Source of the DNA: Setoptus koraiensis
Taxonomy: Eukaryota; Animalia; Arthropoda
Length of the DNA: 64,000 nucleotides
Reading direction: 5' to 3'
Assembly (NCBI GenBank): GCA_048013815.1
Contig: CM106585.1
Span: forward strand, 11,470,001 to 11,534,000
Positions 51,251 through 62,885 of the stretch are shown here, in pieces. The notes beneath the pieces were generated by a model. It was not told where the DNA came from. It searched no databases and worked only from the letters and a program-made list of their open reading frames with translations. The first letter of the stretch is position 1. Each line of letters begins with the position of its first letter. The translations under genes and the position numbers were made by a program.

Positions 51251-52703
51251 GAATATCCAGCCAGCTACCGACTCGGCGGTGGCAGAATGCCAAGCGAGTG
51301 TGGCGCAACAATGGTCACGTTTTGCCGGTCGTTTTTCGGTCGTTATTACTATTATTGCCAGCGACAGCACGAGATGTTATTATTATTATCGGCGGTTATT
51401 ATCGGATGCTATAATTGATTTCGCCAACTCTAATTTGGCCAAATTGAATGAGCTAGCGAGCCCAGCAAGCCGGCAAGCCGGCAAACCGGACAACCCGCCA
51501 GTGGCGGCCACAAATTTAAAACTAGCCGCCAAAAGTGTGCAAATAACTATACAAATAGCTGCACAAATAGCCGTACAAATGGCCGCACAAATCAGCCGAC
51601 AGCGGACAACAACCTGTTCCGATAATGGCAGCACGATAATTGTCGCCTGTGATATGATTATCATTACGCAATGTGAGCCGCCATGTAATTGCGACGACAC
51701 GCCGCCAAACAAACAGTGGCAAATAAATGGAGCATGGTGATTGGATGGCCGGCGCCCGTCGGCCTGTCAACCGGCCATCGTTGGGTCGCTTGGCGGGCAT
51801 CGTTGCGTCATTTAACGCCCATCGTTGTGTCGACGGGTCGTTTAGTAGCGCTTGCGAACCGCAAATTGTGGCCCGAAATAGCCCGACAAGTGACACTTTG
51901 AACCCTCGCTGAATCATGTCGAAATAAGTGGCAAATATGTACACATATTTGCCACTTACATGGATATAAATATGACGGCATGCAAATTGGACTGCGCTTG
52001 CTCGTCGCCCAGTGATTGGTCAAGCAAAGCGGGCGCCCCGAACAGTTTAGGCCGAACTGCCCATTCGTGCAGTGCACCAATTTTGAGCAATTTGAGCTGA
52101 TTTTGGCTAGCTCAAATTGGCACTTTTGTCACTTTTATGATAAAAGTTTTATCTCACCTTGACTGTGCTCGCCGACAGTGAGCGTTTGAGGTCAGCGAAT
52201 GGCGCTTTTTCTGGTCTGGTGTCGTCAATACGGCACACACACACACCGACAGACACAGCAAAGTGATAACAGCTAGAAGAGAAAGAGATATTATCGTCCA
52301 CTGTCGTCCATTATTGTCCATTGTGCACTTGATATTTCGAGCACCATTTGCCACTTGAGCCACTGGCCACAGCAAACGAGCTGGCAAGGTGAGAGCTCGC
52401 AAGCGTGAGCTGGCCAAGCGAGCGACCATTTAGATTTAAAGAGCGGCCATTCTGACAAGATGAGATTGTCGATATCGGCGCGAATTCCTTTGCGATGTGT
52501 CAGCCGCAATCAGCTGTGTCGTGGTGGCCAAGAAAGGGCGAAGAGATTTTTTCTTTTTTTTTGCGGCACTGGCGCACAAACCAATAATAACAACGCTAAG
52601 TATGATAATAATTTGCATAACAATAATGGACGTCATTAGCGTCATATCATCTGACTCAGGTGAGCCGGTCAGCCTAGAAATCGCTGGTCAGCACACGGGC
52701 GAC

Positions 52704-52765
52704 GCTAGACTCTGGCGGCTAGACTCTGGCGGCTAGACTCTGGCGGCCAGACTCTGGCGGCCAGA
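52704..52765. repeat. 14-mer tandem repeat (GC(T/C)AGACTCTGGCG) x4
   Basis: Read directly. Confidence 0.9.
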
Positions 52766-52973
52766 GACGCTTTCTAGTTCACGGCGCCAACCACTCGCCT
52801 GTCCGTACCGCTCACCTGGACGCACACATTATGGCGTAATGACTATGGCCAAACTGTGGTCAAGCTGGCCAACCGCAAGTGTTGCGCAATATCACACCGA
52901 GCTCACACTCACCTGAGCAGTGTGCACACTCACCTGTGCAGCGTGATGGCAGCGGTCGGCGCGCGCGATATCA

Positions 52974-53023
52974 AGCACAATTATTATCAGTGGATATTAT
53001 TATCCACTGATAATAATTGTGCT
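52974..53023. repeat. Perfect 23-bp inverted repeat with 4-nt loop
   Basis: AGCACAATTATTATCAGTGGATA-ttat-TATCCACTGATAATAATTGTGCT. Confidence 0.95.
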
Positions 53024-56000
53024 CATTAGGTGCACATCACATTAGATATTAGGCCGCATTATGGCCATTGTAAATATGCCGTCGAGTGCGACCTGCATAA
53101 TTGAATGCCGTCATGTCGCATTCAATTATTTATTTTGCCCTCTCTCGGTCAAACAACGAATCGCCATCGCATGCCGCGGATATAACCGTTATGCTGACCG
53201 TGGGTATTGATCGGCAACAAGTGTGTGTGTGTGTGTGCTCAAGTGGAGACATCATTATTAAGCATATCGCCGACAGAGGTCGAGTCTGATTGAGTGGCCC
53301 GTCCGCGTCCGCCAAAGCGGCCCGCGACGCACGCAACGGCCAACCCGCGGGCCAAACAGCGATAAGGCGCCATTGGGCTCGAGCGAAATTTTCATTTCAC
53401 TTGATTGCACTCGAGTCCGATCGGGCTTCCACTTTCGCTGCGAAATGGAGTGACACAGTTTCAATCATCCGTTGGCCATTTGATCCCGTTGCGCCACGCC
53501 GAGCGTCCGAGCGTCTGAGCGTCTGAGCGTCCGGGTGTCCGAGCGTCCGGGTGTCCGAGCGTCCGAGCGTCCGGGTGCGATAATGGCCGCACGGCCGACA
53601 TACGGCAACAATGGGCAGCCACTGCGGCGACCGGAAAACAGCGAGCACCGTTTAATGATATTATCATTTGCATATCGCCTTATTACGTAACTTGGCTTGG
53701 TGAGGCAACGCAACGCAACGCAACGTGACAGGTAACGTACGCTTCCCGTTTCACCTGTTACGTTTTGTGGCCCGAGTGTGTGTTTGTTTAGGTTGCTTGG
53801 GCACTGGCTGACACTGGGCGCCGTACCGACACGGGCACAGACACTTGTGAGCGAGCGACAGGCGATGAAGTTGAAATTGATGAAATTAAATCAGGCCACT
53901 TTGCATATTGTTGTTTGTTTGCTTGTTTTTTCGCCGCATGCAGTTGGCTTTTGATTTTTTGCGTTTTTCTTCGTTTTTTGCGTCTTTTTCGCCGCTTTGT
54001 TTGGTTGCTGTTGCGCGTCCCTCTAATCAACCGGCGATGTAAGCCGGCCGAATTGATTGAAAAGCTACAGGTGCCCGGCGTCTGTCCCACGTAGTGCCCG
54101 TGAATGGACACGGGTGGCACCATCAATGCGTTGTCAATGACCAACAACGACAGGTGAGCTTACCTGGTCCAGATTAATCTGTGTGTAGGCCAGTGTTGGC
54201 TGGTTGTTGTGGTTTTGTTGTCCATGAGCGAGCCATAGCGAGCAACAGCCAACAGCGACAAGCAACAACAACAACAACAACAACAATGAGACTTATGCTG
54301 CCGCTGCTTTTTTATTTTCGCAACAACTGGCCAACAACAACAATCGCTGTCGCGGCTGGACACTGCCTGTCAGCCAGTGTTTGTGTTGAGCAATAAATAA
54401 AACAAATAAAATGAATAAAATAAACAAAATTGTCTGCCTTATTCGTCAGCAGCAACTAATGACTTTTGCCCTCTGTCGCCCTGTGTCGCCCCGTGCCGAC
54501 CGGCCGTCGGCGAACGCGAACGCCAAAGTAGCCATTAGCGGCAGTTGTCCGGTTGCTGTTGCTGTTGTTGTCGTTGTTATTGAAATTGGTGAAATTGCCA
54601 CCCCGCAACAACAACACCAATAGCACTTACATATGGCATTAGCATGTTGCTGGCCTCGACTGCACACAACGGCATAACGGTAAATACCATTTACGCTTAT
54701 GTAATACGCTTATGTAATCATCATCGTTGTTATCACTCTGACTGTTGGCAAACCGGCCAAGCGAATTCTGTGGCCGGCGTTTTTTTCTTGGCTCGCTCGC
54801 TCGCTATCGCTAATTGCCCAATGTTCATGTTGTTACATAATACAAACATTAACAGTACGGTGTGTGTAGCATTAGTTTGTTAGTGTATTTTAGTGTATTT
54901 TTGTGTCATGTTGGCCTGTGTGTTGGCCTGTGTGTTGGCCTGTGTGTTGGCCTGTGTGCTGGCTCGTGTGCTGGCTAGACACAAATGAGGATGCATGAAT
55001 ACAAACAAACAGACAAACATAACAGATAACGGTGATAGGTCAACAACAGGTAACAAGCGACCAACACAACAAATAAGGTGAAGATGCAGGCGCGCCCTCA
55101 TCATTTGGCAAGCTGGCAAGCTCGCATGTTGACCCGTTCGCCTATTCGCGTATTCGCGTATTGGCGCTTGGTGCAAATCAAGAGCTTGGCGCAAATCAAG
55201 AGCTCGGCGAAAATCGAGAGATGATCAGCGTGTCGTTGCTCATTCACAAATTCTCATCAACAGTACAATTTTGTCCTCTGTTCGTACGGTCTCATAGGGT
55301 CTCCTGCGGGCTCATATGGTCTAATGCAATCTCGCAGGGTCCCATAGAGTGGCCACATTGCTAGCAACAATTGTTTGTATTTTTGCGCTTCGGACAACAA
55401 CCGACACAACAACCGACAACACAAACAATGTTCGTTCGCATCATTGTTCATGAGTGTGTGTGTGTGTGATGCAATAGAGGTGCATACCCGTTAATTAGCC
55501 GTATATTATTGTGTAATAGTGTATCACCTAGTGTTTACCACCAGTCAGCTACTATATACTAACATGTATTGTAATAATTGCGAATTGTAAATGATGCTTC
55601 ATGCGAGCCGATCAGTAGATCAACTGATAGTCGGTGATGTGATATTATCGGTTTGATTTGATTTATTGCTCAGACATGCGATAATAACAGATAACAAACA
55701 AGCCGATCATAATAATAAATCTGGCTAGCTCATCTTGATGGTTACGTTCTGTTACGAGCTGGCGTTACTGTTCAAGGCCACTCTTTTATAGAGTATAAGT
55801 ATAACAGAATCTGTGGGCAGTTTCATTTCATCAGATTTGTGTTGTTTTTTGTTGAGGTATTTGAATTCTAAATAAAATTATCGCTCCCTATTAATTATAA
55901 TGCAATCAATAGAGTGCATTTGTGGCATTAACACTAGCATTGTTGACTGCGAGAAAATTTCTAGCCGGCCACCAACACTCAATTAGTCGCCATTAATCTC

Positions 56001-56974
56001 AGTAGGTATCAGAGATCAGTGCCTAAATCAGTGCCCAAACGATTGGAGTGGGCAGTTGTGAATCATCAATTAGGTAATGTGCGCTGCAAGACATGACAAG
56101 ACAACAAGACAGGCCAACAAACAACAACAAAGCGAAACAAAACAACAAAAACCCCCTGAAGCTTGATAAATCTAGGCGATGAAAGATGCCCAATACAGCG
56201 TCACTACAACGCATATTTGAACGTCAGTTGTTGTATTAACCAGTGAATGACTAGTGAATTGTGAGCAATTGCTAAACACCCATCAGCATGATAGTGGCCA
56301 GCAGGCCCTTTGTTGTCGTTGTTGTTGCTGCTGCTGTTGTTGCTGTTGCTGCTGTTGTTGCTGCTGCTTTAGCCGCTACACCTAATACCTGTGATAATGG
56401 ATAATGATAGATTGTCATTAGCAAGCAACGGTGACGATAATAAACACCACTATCTCGTTGATTAGATAGTTACCTTCTCACTGTAAAACAATGGCTGCTA
56501 CAGCCAGATAATACTAAACGATAATACTAAACGAACGAGTCACAATACCATCGCAATAAGCCAAAGCGATGTGCAGAGCCCCTTGAGATCTCTATCGCGT
56601 CATAGGATTTCTTTGGAACAAATTTCTTCGGACGTCAGTTAGCAGTAGTCCGGCAACGGTTTGCTGCCACCACTAACTCCGACCGTCACTAGCCAGCGTG
56701 TCAGCGTGTATCTGGCCGGTGTAACGGCTCTCTGTCGCCTGATAAGATCGATTACACATTACACAATAATATTGAACTGTTATTATTAGCATTATATGAT
56801 GCTCATTATGCTAATATGTTTACTGTTGACCCGCAAACTTTTTTGCGTTGCCTCAACAACAATGATAAAAACGACAACTAGGTGACTTGTCGGCATGCAA
56901 AACAACAACATCAAGTGTATTCAGATAAATTGCGTTTGTCTTGTGCTCAGTATGTGTTTGTCCGTGTTACCCAT

Positions 56975-57013
56975 GCCTGTATTTATCCATGTTGAACATG
57001 GATAAATACAGGC
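56975..57013. repeat. Perfect 19-bp inverted repeat with 1-nt spacer
   Basis: GCCTGTATTTATCCATGTT-g-AACATGGATAAATACAGGC. Confidence 0.95.
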
Positions 57014-60000
57014 TTCATAGTCTTATTAATTTGATTTACAATCTTGTTGTTATTACAAACTAACTAACTAAGCGAGCATTATCTGATGCCTTCCTATCAT
57101 CGTTATGTTATGTATGATGGTCAAGTGTTATATAATGCCCATTACGTTATGTGTGTTTAATCGTCGTTGCCGTCGTCGTCTATCCAATGTATAATGCAAA
57201 ACAGCAAAAAACAGGGAGAAGATTCTTCATTTGATGCCATTAGTCGACGACTATGCGATTACGAGAGCTTTGATTACAGCAATGCCTATGGATAGCGCAA
57301 TCATAATAATTGGACTGCTGCCTCTAGGTCTGTCCGTTTTGTTTGTTTGTTCTCTGTCTTGGTGAACGGTTGCGAATGGCTTGCTTGGCACTAAAACAAA
57401 ACAGCCAAAAAACCAAATCAAGCGAATAAAGATTAGAGGCCAAATTATTTCATTGCGTGGGCTCACTGTACAAAGGCCAGTCAGGCCACAGATTAGCTTG
57501 CTTCATCTATTATTGTTACGCAATGTTGTTCATTATTGTCTGTCTAGGTGTGGTGGTCAATGTTGATGTACTCTACTAATTGTTATGACAAAAAATCCGT
57601 CCTAACTGCCATTCGTTGTGCCATTTGTTGTGCGCTGTCCCATGGATGCCCATTTGGCCGTGTTCATTAGTTCATCTAAACGTTGTTATCATCTCAATAG
57701 ACTCGCGTACTTCATAAATCGCACGACGATAAATTATGACCAAAGTATAAAAAGCACGTACCCGTTAACGCAACTGATTAACATCTAACAGCGTCCAAGC
57801 GAGCTGATGCTGGCTTACATCAACTACTAACTCAGTTAATATAATCAACACATTCTCATCTACCTGTGCCAATCTCAACGCCGATCACAATGCATCCAAT
57901 TTATTTAGACCATCACGCTTTGGACGCTTTGGCTTGCGATTGTTTTCTATTAGCCGGTTAAGTAGATTAGTTGTTGAGCGATTACGCAGAGCAACAACAA
58001 CAACAACAGTGTGTGTGTGTGTGTTGCGGACCGTATATCCGTTTAAGGATGGTCGGCGTCGTCGTCGCCCATAATATCGGTCGGAAATATCGAAGCTTTA
58101 TCTAGATCACTGGCTTGTCTTGTTGTGTTTGTTGATTGTTGATTGAGGCAATTCACTGGCTGCGATTGCAACAAAATTAGGGAAGTGACTCATGTTATGT
58201 CATGTTATGCCATGTTTTGCCATGTTATGCGATGTTATGCAACACATCAACAACAACAACTGCAACAACAACAACAAGAGAAATCATGACCGTTGATGGC
58301 GCTGCTTATGGTCACATGCTGTGCTGCTGTTACACCAAATGTATCCTGATCAACTGAAGAGATGAAGTGCAACAGGTGCTAGCAGGCCTAATTACGCTTG
58401 TTGTTTTTCATCAATTAGTTGGCTGTATCGTCAGCTCTCCGCTAGCGCCACGGTATTGGCATAGCCGCTGAGAGGCACACATCGACGAGACACAACCAAC
58501 GTCCGTTCCACAGAAAGACTGGCCAGTGAGAGACAGAATAACAGGTTGCGATTGTTATTCTCTCTTACGTAAGTCCACATAAGTGCATAAGTTAAATGTT
58601 GTTGTTGTTGATGTTTCATGGAGATGCCAATAGTTAAACTGAAAGTTGACTGGATGGCCGGATGATTTGCCCAACACAGCGGTCGGACAATCAGAGAGGA
58701 AAAGAAAAAGAAAACTAGGTGTGAATAAAAAAGGCGTGATGCCTCTTCAAGTCCAATGTATTGATATGGCACACTTGATGTATGTCTGCCCGTGTTGGCT
58801 AGATTGCGATGGCGGATATCCAACGCGCAACCAAACAAATTCAGCCCAGCCATTGGGAACTAAACCCTTGCGCAAGCAACCAAATCAGGCCATCAATTAA
58901 GATATTCATATCCGCCAGCACTAATTGATTAATGCATTCACCTGTGCCTGCCAGGTGATCGGCTGGCCAACAGTGAGAGCCAATGCTGACCAAGCCAAGC
59001 TGAATTGTAAATTGGCCAAAGCAAGCGCGTCGGTAGCTTGCCGGCGGTCGCTTTTTCTCCTAGTTTTGAAACATTCTCATTATTATTGCTAACTCAGCAT
59101 GCTGTAACTGCAATAATAATAATAATAATAATAATAACAATAATAATCTACTTTCAATTGTTCATTTGAGAGCGAACGTTCAGTTCCGTAGTGTCCGTGG
59201 GCCTGTCCAAGTCGTCCCATCTCATCTAATTCATATCCACTTGAAATTCACCTTGTCTAAATGCAACTGGCATATTTTAATATTATTTCACATATCCAAA
59301 ATTGGTGGATCGTCATCGTGGATCGCATGCAACAGCATTCATGTGCATGTAAGGTGAAAGCGTACGATAGTTCAGGCCACAATTGATGGCATCCACGATG
59401 CCGCCACGAAACGGGCCAGTATCAAGTCGGGTCGTTCTCATTATTTTAAATTTAAAATTTTAAATTGGACGGACGGCCAGTTGATTCAATCAGGTTGATG
59501 ATCGTGTTCGATGAGCGCTGCCGAGTGAAAAACAATGACTTGACGACAATACAATTTGTTTGTTTCGTCGACAATCGAACAAGTGACAGTGACGATGTCA
59601 CACAATTGAATTAGATAATTTTTGTATTAATATTCCTCTAGCCGATTATAAATTGTTGTGGCGCAACTAACCTGAGCAAAGCTATCGAAATGTGATGTTA
59701 TTGTTGTCGCTGGCACAATAATGACGAAAACATGTCGTCTTGGCCCGATGATGATGATCATTATATCATAACACAGTCTAGCAGCGTAGAGCGGGGTAAA
59801 TATAGCGATATGAGGCTCCCATGTTGCTGTTAGGCTGCCAGAAATAACATGCTAGCATAATAGTAATAATAGTAATCCATTGTGATTGTTCATCCTGTTC
59901 CTGTTTTTGCCGACCATCGCTTGTCTCGATGTTGTTGTTGTTGTTGTTGTTGCTGCTGTTGATGGCTAACAACCACAACTTACTGTTGTGGCTCCACTCT

Positions 60001-60844
60001 ACAACGAGTCCGTAATGCAACGAGTGAGCAGAGTGAGCACACAATGATGAATTGTGATGGTAATCAGATTAAATCATATCAAATATCACAACTGTTGATG
60101 GGTTGCGAGGTGTCTGGCCAGTGAGAAAAGGAGAGAGAATTGGAGCACGGTGAGTTGGCTCGGATTTGACACATCAATTGTGACGGGACGGCTTCCAGCA
60201 GTCAACGCCAAGAAAAGAATTGCTTGCTGTTATTGTTGCTGTTGTTGTTGCTGTTGTTGCTGCTGCTGCTGTGGCTATTTTGGCAATTTTAGATCAATGA
60301 TATTCTCGACAATCCATGCCCGCTGTCCATGATATGATTCTTTGCTCGCGCGTCAAGCTCACGACGATGCATTATCGCCGAGACATCTAATCGGTCATCT
60401 CGCTTTCCAGCAATCGCTCGAATGTGCTCGCTGGGCGCAACCAATCCAATTGCCGTCATCAATAAATGTAATATTTATTTATATCCATTTCGAGTTGCGT
60501 CACAATGTAACTAACAAAAGTATAATCCGATAAAAAACAAAAGTGTTTGCAGCAACAGCATGCGCTCACGAGCGGCGGCCCGCGAGACGACGGGCCCAGC
60601 CAACCGAAGCGCGCCAAGCGTTGTTTTGGCGCTCTATTTGAATCGCAGTGCCGCCGATAATCGGTAACCGATTACCGCGGGTAACTTACAGGTGACCGCT
60701 ATTCGGAGTGGTGTTGTTTGCGAAAATGGGCGCCGGGCGCCAGCAATCAGGCGCAAACATCGGCTCGAACTGGGCCGCGGTGCAACGCAATTAAAGGATT
60801 TCGCTCTGGCAATCAGCGAGCCACCAAGAGGCTGTCGAGACTCT

Positions 60845-60970
60845 CTGGCCAGAGAGTGCCCGTCTGGCCAGAGAGTGCCCGTCTGGCCAGAGAGTGTCCG
60901 TCTGGCCAGAGAGTGCCCGTCTGGCCAGAGAGTGTCCGTCTGGCCAGAGAGTGTCCGTCTGGCCAGAGAG
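60845..60970. repeat. 19-mer minisatellite (CTGGCCAGAGAGTG(C/T)CCGT) x6 plus partial
   Basis: Read directly; units are head-to-tail with no spacers. Confidence 0.95.
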
Positions 60971-61957
60971 CGGGATAATCCATTGTAATTTAGGCCAGAG
61001 CGCGCAATAGTGCGGCAACAATAATGAATTATGCGTGCGTGTGCGATACTCGATTGTGATATAATCGAGATGTTTGAAAAATGCGATTTGTTGTTGAAAA
61101 GTGAAACTTGGCACGCCAAATGTGAGTGTCGTGTGTGGCCGCTCAGTTGGCCAACATGACGGCCCACCGATTCAACAATCGGCGGGCCGACCGATCCAAC
61201 AATCGGCGGGGAGGAAGTTCAAGTGGAGCTAATGATTTTCGATGTCGAAGCGCAAAAGTGAGCGCTCATTAAAATCCATTACCGACAAACATTAGCCTTG
61301 ATCGTAGCGCAAACATAATGCAATTGTTACGCAAGATGATGTGATATTTGAGAAGAGCCTGCCACTCTGCTGGCCAGTTATTTGGCTATTTGGCCGTTTG
61401 GCTGTGTGGCTGCTTGGCCGTTTGGCTGTCCGGCATTGTCCGTCAGGGTTATCTGATATCGCAAACTTTAATTAATTATGACGTCATGTGCGCTGCTGGC
61501 ATTGTTGTTGCTGTTGGCGTTGGCTAGGCGGTTCCCATAATCAAAAATGATCAACAACTATTTGAACTATCGATAACGGCGGTGCCATTACAATCGTTGC
61601 GCAATCGACAACAATTACGCAACACGGCACACGAGCCAGCGAGACGAGCAAGCGAGAGCGAGAGTTAACAGTTTAATTTACAGGCTAGTTTTTTGCAGAG
61701 TTTGTACAGTTTGTGCTGCAATTAAATGGCTGCCCGGCTGCTTTATGATAATGATGATGATGATGATGATGATGTCCGGCGATGGTCACTCACACTGGCA
61801 AATTGAGTGGCAAATTGAGTGGCAAATTTGCTCGCTCGAATCGATCCAGGTGAGTGCATGCCGAGCGCTTGGTCGTGGCAACAGCACCAAATCACAACAA
61901 GATGCCCGTTGAATTGTGTAGCCGGCGTTGAACTATCGTCTAACCCGGACAAATTAT

Positions 61958-62048
61958 TTATCTGCAAATTATTTATCTGTGCAATGAATTGCGCAATTCA
62001 TTGCACAGATTGCAAATAACGAATTGCGGATAAATAATTTGCAGATAA
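61958..62048. repeat. 36-bp perfect palindrome (61975-62010) within a larger inverted repeat
   Basis: ATCTGTGCAATGAATTGC|GCAATTCATTGCACAGAT; outer 20-bp arms at 61958-61977 and 62029-62048. Confidence 0.92.
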
Positions 62049-62885
62049 ACAGACAAACGGATAAACTGGCTAACGGACAAACTGGCTAACGGGTAAACTG
62101 GCTAACAGATAAACTGGCGGCCAGGCGGAGATGTCGGCAATGAATTAGAATAAAATGCGAGCCCTTCCTACCTGTTGTTGGGCCGACCACCGCCCGATCT
62201 GATCATTCTGCACTCTGAATAACAACACTCTCGCTAATAACGCTCTCGCTAATAACACCGCGACCGACGACACTGCGAACGGCCGGCCGGCCGACTAATA
62301 AATAAATAATAAATATTGTGTTACACTCGGCGCTCGATGTCAATCGTGGATTGTGTGGCCAGCCATATTGTGAAGAAAATATTGTGCGGCCGGCGAATAT
62401 CCAGCAGCAATGCAAAGTGATATTGGCGCGTACCCGATCTGACAAATTGTGAGCAAATATCCGGCCAATTCTCGTGTTGTCGTGTCCGTCTGTCGGTCTG
62501 TCATGCGCGGCCGCCGATTCCGCTGAAATTGTTAGAGACTCCGCCGAAATTGTTAGAGACTCCGCTGAGATCGCTGAGGCTGGCCGGCTGGCCAAAATTA
62601 CTATTATTAAAAATGACTAATGATGCTAATCTATTCAATTTTTGCATACGCTTTCCCCTATTTCTTCCTTGTTGTGCCGCCGTTGTTGTCGGTTGTGCTG
62701 CCGTTGTGGTCGGCGATTGTTGGCAAACAGCGCACTGACAACTCTCAAACGGTTTACATCAATTTACATACAGGGCCGTCACTCGGGTCGTGATCATTAG
62801 CGATTGACACAGCCGGCCAATAGCTGGCTTGTTGCTCGCTTGACGGGACAACAACAACAACAACAATCGATCGACAGTTGGCGTC

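Noticed and set aside
50814-51740. 308-aa ORF with IWIFGYLD repeats
   Set aside because: The periodicity is the translation of the (GGATATTT)10 repeat; the rest has no coding signature.
60845-60970. CRISPR-like array (also the 14-mer arrays at 50.1 and 52.7 kb)
   Set aside because: Head-to-tail repeats with no unique spacers, no cas genes, and a eukaryotic context.
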